This document shows, in pieces, positions 7,972 to 14,825 of a stretch of DNA of 29,682 nucleotides; within the stretch, counting starts at the first letter, position 1; each line of letters starts with the position of its first letter. Both the position numbers and the translations under genes were made by a program. The DNA is taken from IMG/VR virus record IMGVR_UViG_3300030330_001561, positions 1 through 29,682 of that record; one strand, given 5' to 3'. The DNA is from a virus. Its lineage: Duplodnaviria; Caudoviricetes. Below the pieces are notes generated by a model. The model was not told where the DNA came from and did not search any database. It saw only the letters and a list, made by a program, of their open reading frames with translations.

Positions 7972-8253
7972 TCACTTGATCGGGAGGCAAGGAGCAAGGG
8001 AACTGAATTGTCGCCTCACCGCAAAGTTGCGGGCCTTATTTGAGGCAAAAGCCTTGACAGCATCCTCGACTGTCATGGGGTGTATTTGGAGGGTATCGGT
8101 TGCCCGATTCTGCCAAGGCATATGTCGCCCGAAGGCTAGAACCTCACTCGCACTTGCGAACGAATGAGGCTGGCGAGTAGTCCATCCACACGCCGCTACA
8201 GAAAGGAAAACCGCCGCTGGTCGCCAGAACAACGACGGCAGGAGGGTGGTCAT
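7972..8253 (-). CDS. Hypothetical protein
   Basis: 93-aa ORF with ATGA overlap to the upstream gene; no motif recognised. Confidence 0.4.
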   Translation of the reverse strand: MTTLLPSLFWRPAAVFLSVAACGWTTRQPHSFASASEVLAFGRHMPWQNRATDTLQIHPMTVEDAVKAFASNKARNFAVRRQFSSLAPCLPIK

Positions 8254-8582
8254 TTATTGTACAACTCTGAAACCCGGTTGCAAGCAATTTGCAAAAGTTC
8301 TAGGCGACCGTCAATGCCAAAGTGCTTCTTGTACGTCCGATACACAAAGGCTCCATCTTCACGACAAAAGCCCACATACCTGCACGTTTGAGTCAGTCCA
8401 AAGTAGTCGCAAGACGACCCAAAGAACTTGTAAGGCTTGAGCCACTTGAAGCCATGGAATCGGGATGGTGGCACTAGAGCCATTCCCTGCATGCGTTCAA
8501 TCGGCCTGCGTGGGCAGTAGTGGTTGTACAGAGCGTCCATCTCAAGCAACTTGCGTCGAAGTGGTGACTTGGGCTTTCTCAT
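8250..8582 (-). CDS. Hypothetical protein (basic, Cys/aromatic-rich)
   Basis: 110-aa ORF with ATGA overlaps at both ends. Confidence 0.55.
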   Translation of the reverse strand: MRKPKSPLRRKLLEMDALYNHYCPRRPIERMQGMALVPPSRFHGFKWLKPYKFFGSSCDYFGLTQTCRYVGFCREDGAFVYRTYKKHFGIDGRLELLQIACNRVSELYNK

Positions 8583-8914
8583 AGTTCAAACAACGTTTCT
8601 CGGTAGACCGGGCGATACAAGTTGGCCTTGCGTCCATACCGGGTGACACCGACTTTGCCTGACTTTTCGATCAAGCCCTTCTTGACCAGATAGTTGAATG
8701 CTGCCGAGCATGATTGGTGCGACATCTCAAGATCAAGTTCAGCCCGGTCGCATGTGACCAATCTGGCCTCTTTGATGTATTCCAGTACTCTGCCGCGAAC
8801 TGAATCTGATTTGAGTGCGAAGGCTTCGTTGCTGCACTCGTCATTGGCTTTGGGCTGCTTGCCTTTTCCTCTTCCTACGGTCATGGGTTCCCTCCAATCA
8901 GAACGGTAAGTCAA
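8579..8914 (-). CDS. Winged-helix DNA-binding protein
   Basis: RVLEYIK...TCDRAELDLEMSHQSCSAAFNYLVKKGLIEKSG...TRYGRKANLY. Confidence 0.75.
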   Translation of the reverse strand: MTYRSDWREPMTVGRGKGKQPKANDECSNEAFALKSDSVRGRVLEYIKEARLVTCDRAELDLEMSHQSCSAAFNYLVKKGLIEKSGKVGVTRYGRKANLYRPVYRETLFEL

Positions 8915-9107
8915 AGACCAACTTCGTCAGATGCTGGTCTGGTATTTCAATCTCAAGCACGTCGATCAGTTCAAGAATCTTGGTGCGGCTGGTGAACTCC
9001 TCGGCCTGATCCGTGCCGTGTTTGAGTTCCAGAAAGTATTGCTGGTGATCGCTGCTGTAGCCGTAGGCCACACGTCCACTCGGATGGTCAACGGTGTAAT
9101 GGCTCAT
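8898..9107 (-). CDS. Hypothetical protein
   Basis: 69-aa ORF with ATGA overlap; ends DLPF. Confidence 0.6.
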   Translation of the reverse strand: MSHYTVDHPSGRVAYGYSSDHQQYFLELKHGTDQAEEFTSRTKILELIDVLEIEIPDQHLTKLVFDLPF

Positions 9108-9784
9108 AGTCTGCCGAACTCCTGCTTGATTGCACCACGAAGATACGCCTTGGCATTCCTAGATGTCGCAATCCGTGAGTCCAATTCTTGCAACCAGACC
9201 TTTCCTTTTACGGGGCCGTGGATGCCCTCTACGAGCCTTGGAAGAATCATGGACGTGGTAGGCGTCAAACCGTTTGCAACGCCCCAGCGGGCAACCTCGA
9301 CCTTGTATGGCTGTGATTCAGGATCGAGGCCAGCAGCCTGCAATCTTGACTCCGAATCGGTATTAGATTCAGTCAGTGATTGCGGAGGCTCTTTCTGTCT
9401 TTCTCTCTCTCTTTCTTTCTTTGGCATATGGGTCGGCAATGCATCCGCATATGCGCTAGCATTATCTCCTTTGCCCCACCGGGTTTGCGCTGCCTTGCGG
9501 CCCTTGGCAACACGGTCGGCTGCGGCGTCCATTTCAGCCCGCATCCGCTCGTTGAACAGGCCGTCGGTGGCCTCGTCCACTTGGAACTTGTCACGAATCG
9601 CCTTCCATGTGTCAACGCTCATGCCGTCCGCCAAACGGCTCAGGCGGTCAAAGTCGTTGGGCAGTTCGCCGGACTGTGCCTGCCAGCAAAGAAGCCGGAT
9701 ATAAGCACCCACCTCTTCGTTGGACAGATGAGCCGTACCAGCCATGAACGCGCCGGGATACCACTTGACGAATGCGAAGTTCAT
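9104..9784 (-). CDS. DUF1376/YdaU-like replication initiator
   Basis: FVKWYPGAFMAGTAHLSNEEVGAYIRLLCWQ...LPND...LFNERM...GRKAAQTRW, then a KKERERERQKE linker. Confidence 0.8.
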   Translation of the reverse strand: MNFAFVKWYPGAFMAGTAHLSNEEVGAYIRLLCWQAQSGELPNDFDRLSRLADGMSVDTWKAIRDKFQVDEATDGLFNERMRAEMDAAADRVAKGRKAAQTRWGKGDNASAYADALPTHMPKKERERERQKEPPQSLTESNTDSESRLQAAGLDPESQPYKVEVARWGVANGLTPTTSMILPRLVEGIHGPVKGKVWLQELDSRIATSRNAKAYLRGAIKQEFGRL

Positions 9785-9990
9785 ACCAAGTCCCCCTGAA
9801 GACTTTGGGCTGCATCGTCCAGTTCGATCATCTGATTTTGCAGACGAATGATGTGCTGGTCAAGCGTGTTCAGTTCCTGATCGGTCGGATGCTCCGCCAT
9901 CAGGTTCTGGCTCAGTTCGTTGAGGCATTGGCTTGTGACAAGGATGCGCTTGGTCACTTCTCGAAGATGGTCCATGCGTGCTGGTGTCAT
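9781..9990 (-). CDS. Hypothetical coiled-coil protein
   Basis: 69-aa helical ORF with ATGA overlaps. Confidence 0.6.
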   Translation of the reverse strand: MTPARMDHLREVTKRILVTSQCLNELSQNLMAEHPTDQELNTLDQHIIRLQNQMIELDDAAQSLQGDLV

Positions 9991-10181
9991 GCTTCCACCT
10001 TTCCGAACTCGGCCTTGGCTGCTTCGATCACGGTGTCAATGATGGCCTCAAGTTGCTGCTCGATTTGCAGCAAGTCTTGGTCATGCCCGGTGGCTTTGAG
10101 TTCCACGGCAGTCTCTTTTATTTCTTTGCACTTGCCTGCAATCGCCAGCAGGTCAACGGCTTCAATGTGAATGGTGGTCAT
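9987..10181 (-). CDS. Hypothetical protein
   Basis: 64-aa ORF with a purine-rich RBS (AAGGAAGGGAACTGAACC-ATG). Confidence 0.65.
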   Translation of the reverse strand: MTTIHIEAVDLLAIAGKCKEIKETAVELKATGHDQDLLQIEQQLEAIIDTVIEAAKAEFGKVEA

Positions 10182-10184
10182 GGT

Positions 10185-10490
10185 TCAGTTCCCTTCCTTT
10201 TTGTTTCGGCGGATTTGAATCGTTCTCTGGAATTCTTCAGGCAGGCACTTCATCGGCACCATGAAGGTGATGCCATACGCCTTCATCATCACAGTGTCGT
10301 TCTTGGGGGGGATATCATCCCACCGCTTTGCTTCGCCGCAGAGTCGGCACAAGCAAGTGCTGTCGCTTATCTCTTGCCAATCGTGTAGGCACTCTCTTCG
10401 CCTAAGCACGACCTCGCCCGCTGGCGAGATTTGTTCATCTTCGTGGTGATCGTCTTTAGGATCACGGGTTTCTGTTGTCCAAAAGTTCAT
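10185..10490 (-). CDS. Hypothetical Zn-ribbon-like protein
   Basis: CLHDW...CLCRLCG; start MNFW follows AGGAACTGAC. Confidence 0.6.
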   Translation of the reverse strand: MNFWTTETRDPKDDHHEDEQISPAGEVVLRRRECLHDWQEISDSTCLCRLCGEAKRWDDIPPKNDTVMMKAYGITFMVPMKCLPEEFQRTIQIRRNKKEGN

Positions 10491-10501
10491 GTCAGTTCCT
10501 C

Positions 10502-11353
10502 TCAGTCCGTGCAGGTACACGGGATCGTGTCATCATCTAGCCGGTCGTCAAACAATCGGCCTTGCAAAGTTAGTTCAACGCCAATCTGGTGAAAGTTAGG
10601 ACGGTCAAGCCTGAAGTTCATGCCTTGTTCTTTTTCCATCCTTGCCCACCACTCAAGATGCTCAGCGTTTGCATCGGCAATCTTTTTAAGTTTCGGTAGA
10701 GATTTTAAGAAGCAACCTGTGCAGTTGCCAAAGGTATTGTCACCACCGGGAAGATCAAGATCAAAGTCTTGGGCTTCCCAGAACTCAAGCACGTCTCGCT
10801 CTGAGTGTCCAGCCAAAGCAATTGGCATCACGGGATTCTCGCCCTTGTAATCACCTTTCATTCTTGCAACCCGTCTTGGCTCATCGGCACGAATACCAAT
10901 AGCCACGTCGTACTCATCCCATTCAAGTTCTTGAAGCAGGTAGCGTCTTAGAGTACGAATTTTCAACTCTGACGTACACCATCTACCAATAACGGTCGGC
11001 AAATTTTTTCGGGCTTTGATCAATGCTTCAAACGGTTCACCCTTTCTTGAGGCACTGCAAAAGTCAACAACTCGGAATGTCCTTGGTGATTTCTGGTCAG
11101 GCTCGTACTCTGTCGGAGCCTCAAGCCAAGTGATCGGCACTCCCCAGTTCGTTTCTATGTCTCTGACAAACTCAAGTGTCTTCTCGTGTTCAAGCCCTGT
11201 ATTTTGGAAAGTTGCAACAACACCATCAGGCAAAGAACCACCATGTGCTTGCAAGATATTCCATAGCATGAAGCCAGACGTGCGACCGCCTGAAAAGGCA
11301 ATCGCAGTCTGGTCTTCCATGAAGTATGGGTTAGAACGGGATGTCAGAGTCAT
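10502..11353 (-). CDS. PAPS reductase-family (adenine nucleotide alpha-hydrolase) protein
   Basis: PP-loop AFSGGRTSGFM, FQNTGLEHEKT, RWCTSELKIR, IGIRADEPRR, GNCTGCFLK, C-terminal PCTCTD. Confidence 0.85.
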   Translation of the reverse strand: MTLTSRSNPYFMEDQTAIAFSGGRTSGFMLWNILQAHGGSLPDGVVATFQNTGLEHEKTLEFVRDIETNWGVPITWLEAPTEYEPDQKSPRTFRVVDFCSASRKGEPFEALIKARKNLPTVIGRWCTSELKIRTLRRYLLQELEWDEYDVAIGIRADEPRRVARMKGDYKGENPVMPIALAGHSERDVLEFWEAQDFDLDLPGGDNTFGNCTGCFLKSLPKLKKIADANAEHLEWWARMEKEQGMNFRLDRPNFHQIGVELTLQGRLFDDRLDDDTIPCTCTD

Positions 11354-11585
11354 TGATTGCCTCTCTTGTTTGTTGTCCGAACGCAGCCTTTGGCTCTTCG
11401 TCCAACTCGACAACCTCAGTGACTTTGAGACTGAAGAACCGCTTGCCGTCCTTCTCTTTGACCCACGCTGCGATTTGCAACTTGCGTCCTTCGATTTCAA
11501 GAGGGCCGCTGTATGGCGGTCGCTTCCCACCTGCCTCGCCATTGTTGAACAAGGCACCATTTCCAACGTCGTTGTACTGCTTCAT
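11331..11585 (-). CDS. Small ssDNA-binding-like protein (DUF736-like)
   Basis: GALFNN...RPPYSG...IAAWVKE...FFSLKV and an SSB-type acidic tail DSDIPF; adjacent to ERF. Confidence 0.75.
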   Translation of the reverse strand: MKQYNDVGNGALFNNGEAGGKRPPYSGPLEIEGRKLQIAAWVKEKDGKRFFSLKVTEVVELDEEPKAAFGQQTREAINDSDIPF

Positions 11586-12193
11586 GCTGTTTCCTTCACT
11601 CTTTTGAGCCACGCTTTCAGTGTGACCACGGGTACTTCTTCCAACTTGCTGGCCTTGTATTTGGGCAAGGCGTCAAGCAACTTCTGCATCTGTTCATCGG
11701 TCGCCCGGTCTTCAATCTCAACCGCAAGGCCGACGGCTTCTTGCTCGTCGTGCTTGTACGTTGAATCGTCGCGGGTGTCCACTTCCAGACCGTCAACCCG
11801 TGGCAGCATCAGAATGTCACGCAGCCAGTACGAGAACGCTGTGGTCAGTGCGGCACTCACCGCCTTGTCAAGCGGGCGACCGTTGCCGGGGATTGCAGGG
11901 TATGTGACCTCTGCACAAAGGCAGTCTTCTTCGGCTTGCTGATCCGTCGCCAGAGCCACGCAGAAGTTGTTGATCACCATGCAACCCAAGTCGGTTTGCT
12001 GGATTGACCACGACCGGCGGTAGGCCACAAGCCCGGCATCATGCAACGCCTTGCGGCAAGCCTTCAGCATGTCTTCGGCACTGGTGTAGTTGTACCCGTG
12101 GTACTGGTTTTGCGAGCCTTTGCCCACGGCTTCCAATGATTGTTGTGCGGTCTTTAGAGCCGTCCACACGTTGGCCTTCCTCTCAGTTGTCAT
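11582..12193 (-). CDS. erf: ERF-family single-strand annealing protein
   Basis: ALKTAQQSLEAVGKGSQNQYHGYNYTSAEDML...L..AGL; DKAVSAALTTAFSYWL..ILML. Confidence 0.75.
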   Translation of the reverse strand: MTTERKANVWTALKTAQQSLEAVGKGSQNQYHGYNYTSAEDMLKACRKALHDAGLVAYRRSWSIQQTDLGCMVINNFCVALATDQQAEEDCLCAEVTYPAIPGNGRPLDKAVSAALTTAFSYWLRDILMLPRVDGLEVDTRDDSTYKHDEQEAVGLAVEIEDRATDEQMQKLLDALPKYKASKLEEVPVVTLKAWLKRVKETA

Positions 12194-12196
12194 GGC

Positions 12197-12385
12197 TCAC
12201 GCCTCCTTTGTGACAATGTTGAATTCGGATTTCGAGCCGCCTTGAAGTGCGGCCCACTCTTTGATGATTGCTGCTGCAATCTGTCGCCCGCCACGGTAGT
12301 TGATACCACGGCGTTCGGCTTCGTCAATCACGATGCGGATTGCCCGCTCGTCATTGATCTGAATGGTCAGAGGTAGATTGTTCAT
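12197..12385 (-). CDS. Small putative ribbon-helix-helix DNA-binding protein
   Basis: Strand LTIQIND, helix ending EAERRG, second helix RQIAAAIIKEW; GAGGAAG RBS. Confidence 0.5.
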   Translation of the reverse strand: MNNLPLTIQINDERAIRIVIDEAERRGINYRGGRQIAAAIIKEWAALQGGSKSEFNIVTKEA

Positions 12386-12554
12386 CTGGCTTCCTCTCTT
12401 GGTTTTCGTAGGCGGTCACAAAGTCTGCCGCCAGATCAGACGCGGTTCGGATGTTCGGCGCGCTGCCGATTCGGATGTCATCACCATTGAGCCTGTCACG
12501 AACGATCCATTCGTCAGCAGACTTCTCGATCACGATACGGTGAGGTGCATTCAT
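12351..12554 (-). CDS. Hypothetical protein
   Basis: MNAPHRIV start overlaps the lysozyme stop (ATGA); AAGGAG RBS. Confidence 0.6.
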   Translation of the reverse strand: MNAPHRIVIEKSADEWIVRDRLNGDDIRIGSAPNIRTASDLAADFVTAYENQERKPDEQSTSDHSDQ

Positions 12555-12964
12555 CGGGTCAACTCCTTCAATGCTTTTTGCACCTTTGACCAATAGCGGT
12601 CAAGGTTCTCTTTCTTCTTGCCTGTTGCACGCAAGGCAGCAGGACCGCCGTTGTGCATGCGGGCCATCGCTTCGGCTTTGGTCATGCCTTCCGGGATGCG
12701 GTGCGGCTTGGCATACCGAGCCATGTACGCCCTGAAGCAAAGCACGCTGGTGTCAAGATTGAATAGATCTTGCGGATAAGTTCCGCCGATGCCTGAATCC
12801 AAAAAATAGTTTCGATGTACCTGCATGGGTCCGGCTGCATCTCCGCCATCGCCGTAGAACGGGACGCCACCGGGATGGCAGTTGCTTTCGACCTTCCAGA
12901 TGGCACGCTCAAGCGGTGTCATGTCGATGCTCAGGGCTACGGTTGCAATCAGTGTGGTGATCAT
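12551..12964 (-). CDS. Lysozyme-superfamily muramidase resembling i-type (destabilase-like) lysozyme, with an N-terminal hydrophobic leader
   Basis: AIWKVESNC, AAGPMQVHRNYFLD, CFRAYMARY, ARMHNGGP, YWSKVQKAL; start MITTLIATVALS after AAAGGAACTGAC. Confidence 0.8.
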   Translation of the reverse strand: MITTLIATVALSIDMTPLERAIWKVESNCHPGGVPFYGDGGDAAGPMQVHRNYFLDSGIGGTYPQDLFNLDTSVLCFRAYMARYAKPHRIPEGMTKAEAMARMHNGGPAALRATGKKKENLDRYWSKVQKALKELTR

Positions 12965-12992
12965 GTCAGTTCCTTTCAGTTCGGCAGAGTCG

Positions 12993-13024
12993 CCGGATGC
13001 CCACCCCGAAGGGTGGGCGACCGG
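12993..13024 (-). promoter_or_regulatory. GC-rich C(UUCG)G hairpin upstream of the lysozyme RBS
   Basis: Minus strand ccgg-tc-GCCCACCC-ttcg-GGGTGGGC-at-ccgg; no U-tract follows. Confidence 0.6.
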
Positions 13025-13034
13025 GGGCTGTGCG

Positions 13035-13283
13035 TTAGCCGTTGATTTCGCATTCGAGTGCGACCCATTTGCGGATTGCACGCTGTGACTTCTTGAACGC
13101 TCGCACTGCCATGACTTCGCATTTTTCAGCCCTCTCGGCGTACACCCCGGCGAAGAAGTTGTTCATGGCGATCCGCTCGCGGCCTCTCCAGATGGCGGCT
13201 TGGTTTCTTGCACGCTCACACTTTTTGATCTCCATTCGTTCCTCATGCTTGAGTTCTTGGATCTGTTGGCGGATGGGTTTCAT
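13035..13283 (-). CDS. Hypothetical basic helical protein (first early gene)
   Basis: MKPIRQQIQELK start after AAAGGAACTGAC; 82 aa. Confidence 0.65.
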   Translation of the reverse strand: MKPIRQQIQELKHEERMEIKKCERARNQAAIWRGRERIAMNNFFAGVYAERAEKCEVMAVRAFKKSQRAIRKWVALECEING

Positions 13284-13403
13284 GTCAGTTCCTTTCTGAG
13301 CGTCATTGCCCGATGCGTTTAGCATAATGAATAATCGGCACGATGCGAGCCGGTGATTAGACATTATCCAACATTTTTCTGACTTTTTTCCGATGATGCC
13401 TGT
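13284..13403. promoter_or_regulatory. Divergent promoter region
   Basis: The only divergent intergenic gap; AT-rich with T-tracts. No clean -35/-10 pair assigned. Confidence 0.55.
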
Positions 13404-13742
13404 ATGGCGAAGTTCATGGGATTTGAGAATGTGGAGACGTACACGGCCTACGACCGGCTGACACGGGATGCCCGCGTGTTCGCCGCTGAGTGCGTCCTGA
13501 GGGCCAAGCAGCAGAACAACGGGCAAGCAGTCGCCGGGATGCAAGAAGCCCTCTCAGACGCCCTGTGGCAGGTTTGCAGCCACGGATCCGGACGGGAACC
13601 TGAAGGCGTGGTACTCCTAGCGATGGCCTTGCTGGAGCATTCAGTGCAGCAGATGGCTCACGGCGAGTTGCTGGTGGCGTTGCATTGGCACTTTGTTGGG
13701 CAGAAGCCCGGTGATCAGTTGGAACTGTTCAGCCAAGACTGA
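13404..13742 (+). CDS. Hypothetical protein; sole plus-strand gene
   Basis: 112-aa helical ORF filling an otherwise empty gap; its stop overlaps the end of the last tail gene. Confidence 0.65.
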   Translation: MAKFMGFENVETYTAYDRLTRDARVFAAECVLRAKQQNNGQAVAGMQEALSDALWQVCSHGSGREPEGVVLLAMALLEHSVQQMAHGELLVALHWHFVGQKPGDQLELFSQD

Positions 13743-14577
13743 TCGTGCTGCCCACGGCAAACGAGGCGTCACCGCCAAGCATGCTGATGGGGTTGGTCAC
13801 GGTCGCGTTGTTCAAAGCCCCGTCAAGCAGCAAGCGTCCACCGCTGTGGTTGTTGGCGGTCGTGATTGTGAAGCCTGCGGTTTCGTTGTCACGGCTAGTG
13901 AACACACCGTCAAAGATGTTCAGCGTGGTGACCGTGCCGCTGCTGCGGTAGTCGCATGATCCATCGGTGTCAATCTCAATCGTTGGGTACGCAGAGGTTC
14001 CAGAGGTTTGCAGCGTTCCGCCAATGACCGAGGCCGTGCCGCTGATAGTTGACGCGCAAGCAATCGTGCCTTCGGTCACTGAGATATTGGCAAGCCCCGT
14101 GATGCTGCTGGCAAGATCAATCGTGCCGACGTTCGAGCCGTTCATCTGCACCGTGGTCACTGCGGCAGACGATCCGACCGTCACCGTGCCACTGAGTCGG
14201 CTGGCAAGCAACGTGGTGATCGCGGTTGATGCGTTGCCCTTGAGGTTCAAGAACAGAGGCGAAGCAGACCCGCCAGTGATGCGGAAGTTGGTCCAAGTAC
14301 CGGTGATATAGGCAGCCGTGCCACCTGAAGCAAACTCGCAGAGCGGCCCGTCAAGGTCAAGGTATGTCGTGCTGCTGCCAATCGTCCCGGTGAAGCCGCT
14401 GCCCACTCTGAACGTGATGCCGGTTAGACCAGTTGCCGCACCGCCGATGGTGTCGCTTGTTGAATTGATGATCAAGGTGTCATCATTAGATGGAGCCGTG
14501 CCACCCCAGTTGGCTGCTGTTGTGAATGTCTTGGTTGTGGCTGACTCGCCGCCTGTCCAGATCAATGTGTTTGGCAT
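13729..14577 (-). CDS. Beta-helix tail spike/adhesin-like protein
   Basis: LIWTGG...FTTAANWGGTAPSNDDTLII followed by T/S/G-rich beta-solenoid strands; last gene of the tail module. Confidence 0.65.
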   Translation of the reverse strand: MPNTLIWTGGESATTKTFTTAANWGGTAPSNDDTLIINSTSDTIGGAATGLTGITFRVGSGFTGTIGSSTTYLDLDGPLCEFASGGTAAYITGTWTNFRITGGSASPLFLNLKGNASTAITTLLASRLSGTVTVGSSAAVTTVQMNGSNVGTIDLASSITGLANISVTEGTIACASTISGTASVIGGTLQTSGTSAYPTIEIDTDGSCDYRSSGTVTTLNIFDGVFTSRDNETAGFTITTANNHSGGRLLLDGALNNATVTNPISMLGGDASFAVGSTISLG

Positions 14578-14825
14578 CAGTCAGAATCCTTTGCTGGCAT
14601 CAATTCGTTGAGCCGTTCTTGCCTTTGCTTGCAGCCACAGCCCTTCGGCTTCAATCGCCGCAGCGGTGTCTTGTTGATATATCGGGCAACCGTGTCACCC
14701 AGTCCACCAATGGAATCACGGCCCGCGTCTTTGCAGGCTGCACATTCTTCTTCGGTCGGGCGCTCATGCCGGTTGAGTCCGCACATTCTCTCACCTTGCT
14801 GAATCAACAAATATTCGCAGTTCAT
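14577..14825 (-). CDS. Small Cys-rich protein
   Basis: C...C...CAAC...GLGDTVA...KGCGCKQRQERLN. Confidence 0.7.
   Translation of the reverse strand: MNCEYLLIQQGERMCGLNRHERPTEEECAACKDAGRDSIGGLGDTVARYINKTPLRRLKPKGCGCKQRQERLNELMPAKDSD

Noticed and set aside
11354-11566. Upstream extension of the PAPS-reductase ORF (similarly 7856-7990, 12965-13081, 13284-13544)
   Set aside because: Overlaps other genes or regulatory DNA; downstream starts have better RBS or coupling.
8931-11942. Plus-strand ORFs such as 8931-9704 and 11016-11942
   Set aside because: Antisense to well-supported, coupled minus-strand genes.
10182-13293. CRISPR-like array from the GGAACTGA repeats
   Set aside because: Repeats are only 10-12 bp, irregularly spaced by whole genes, and no cas genes are present.
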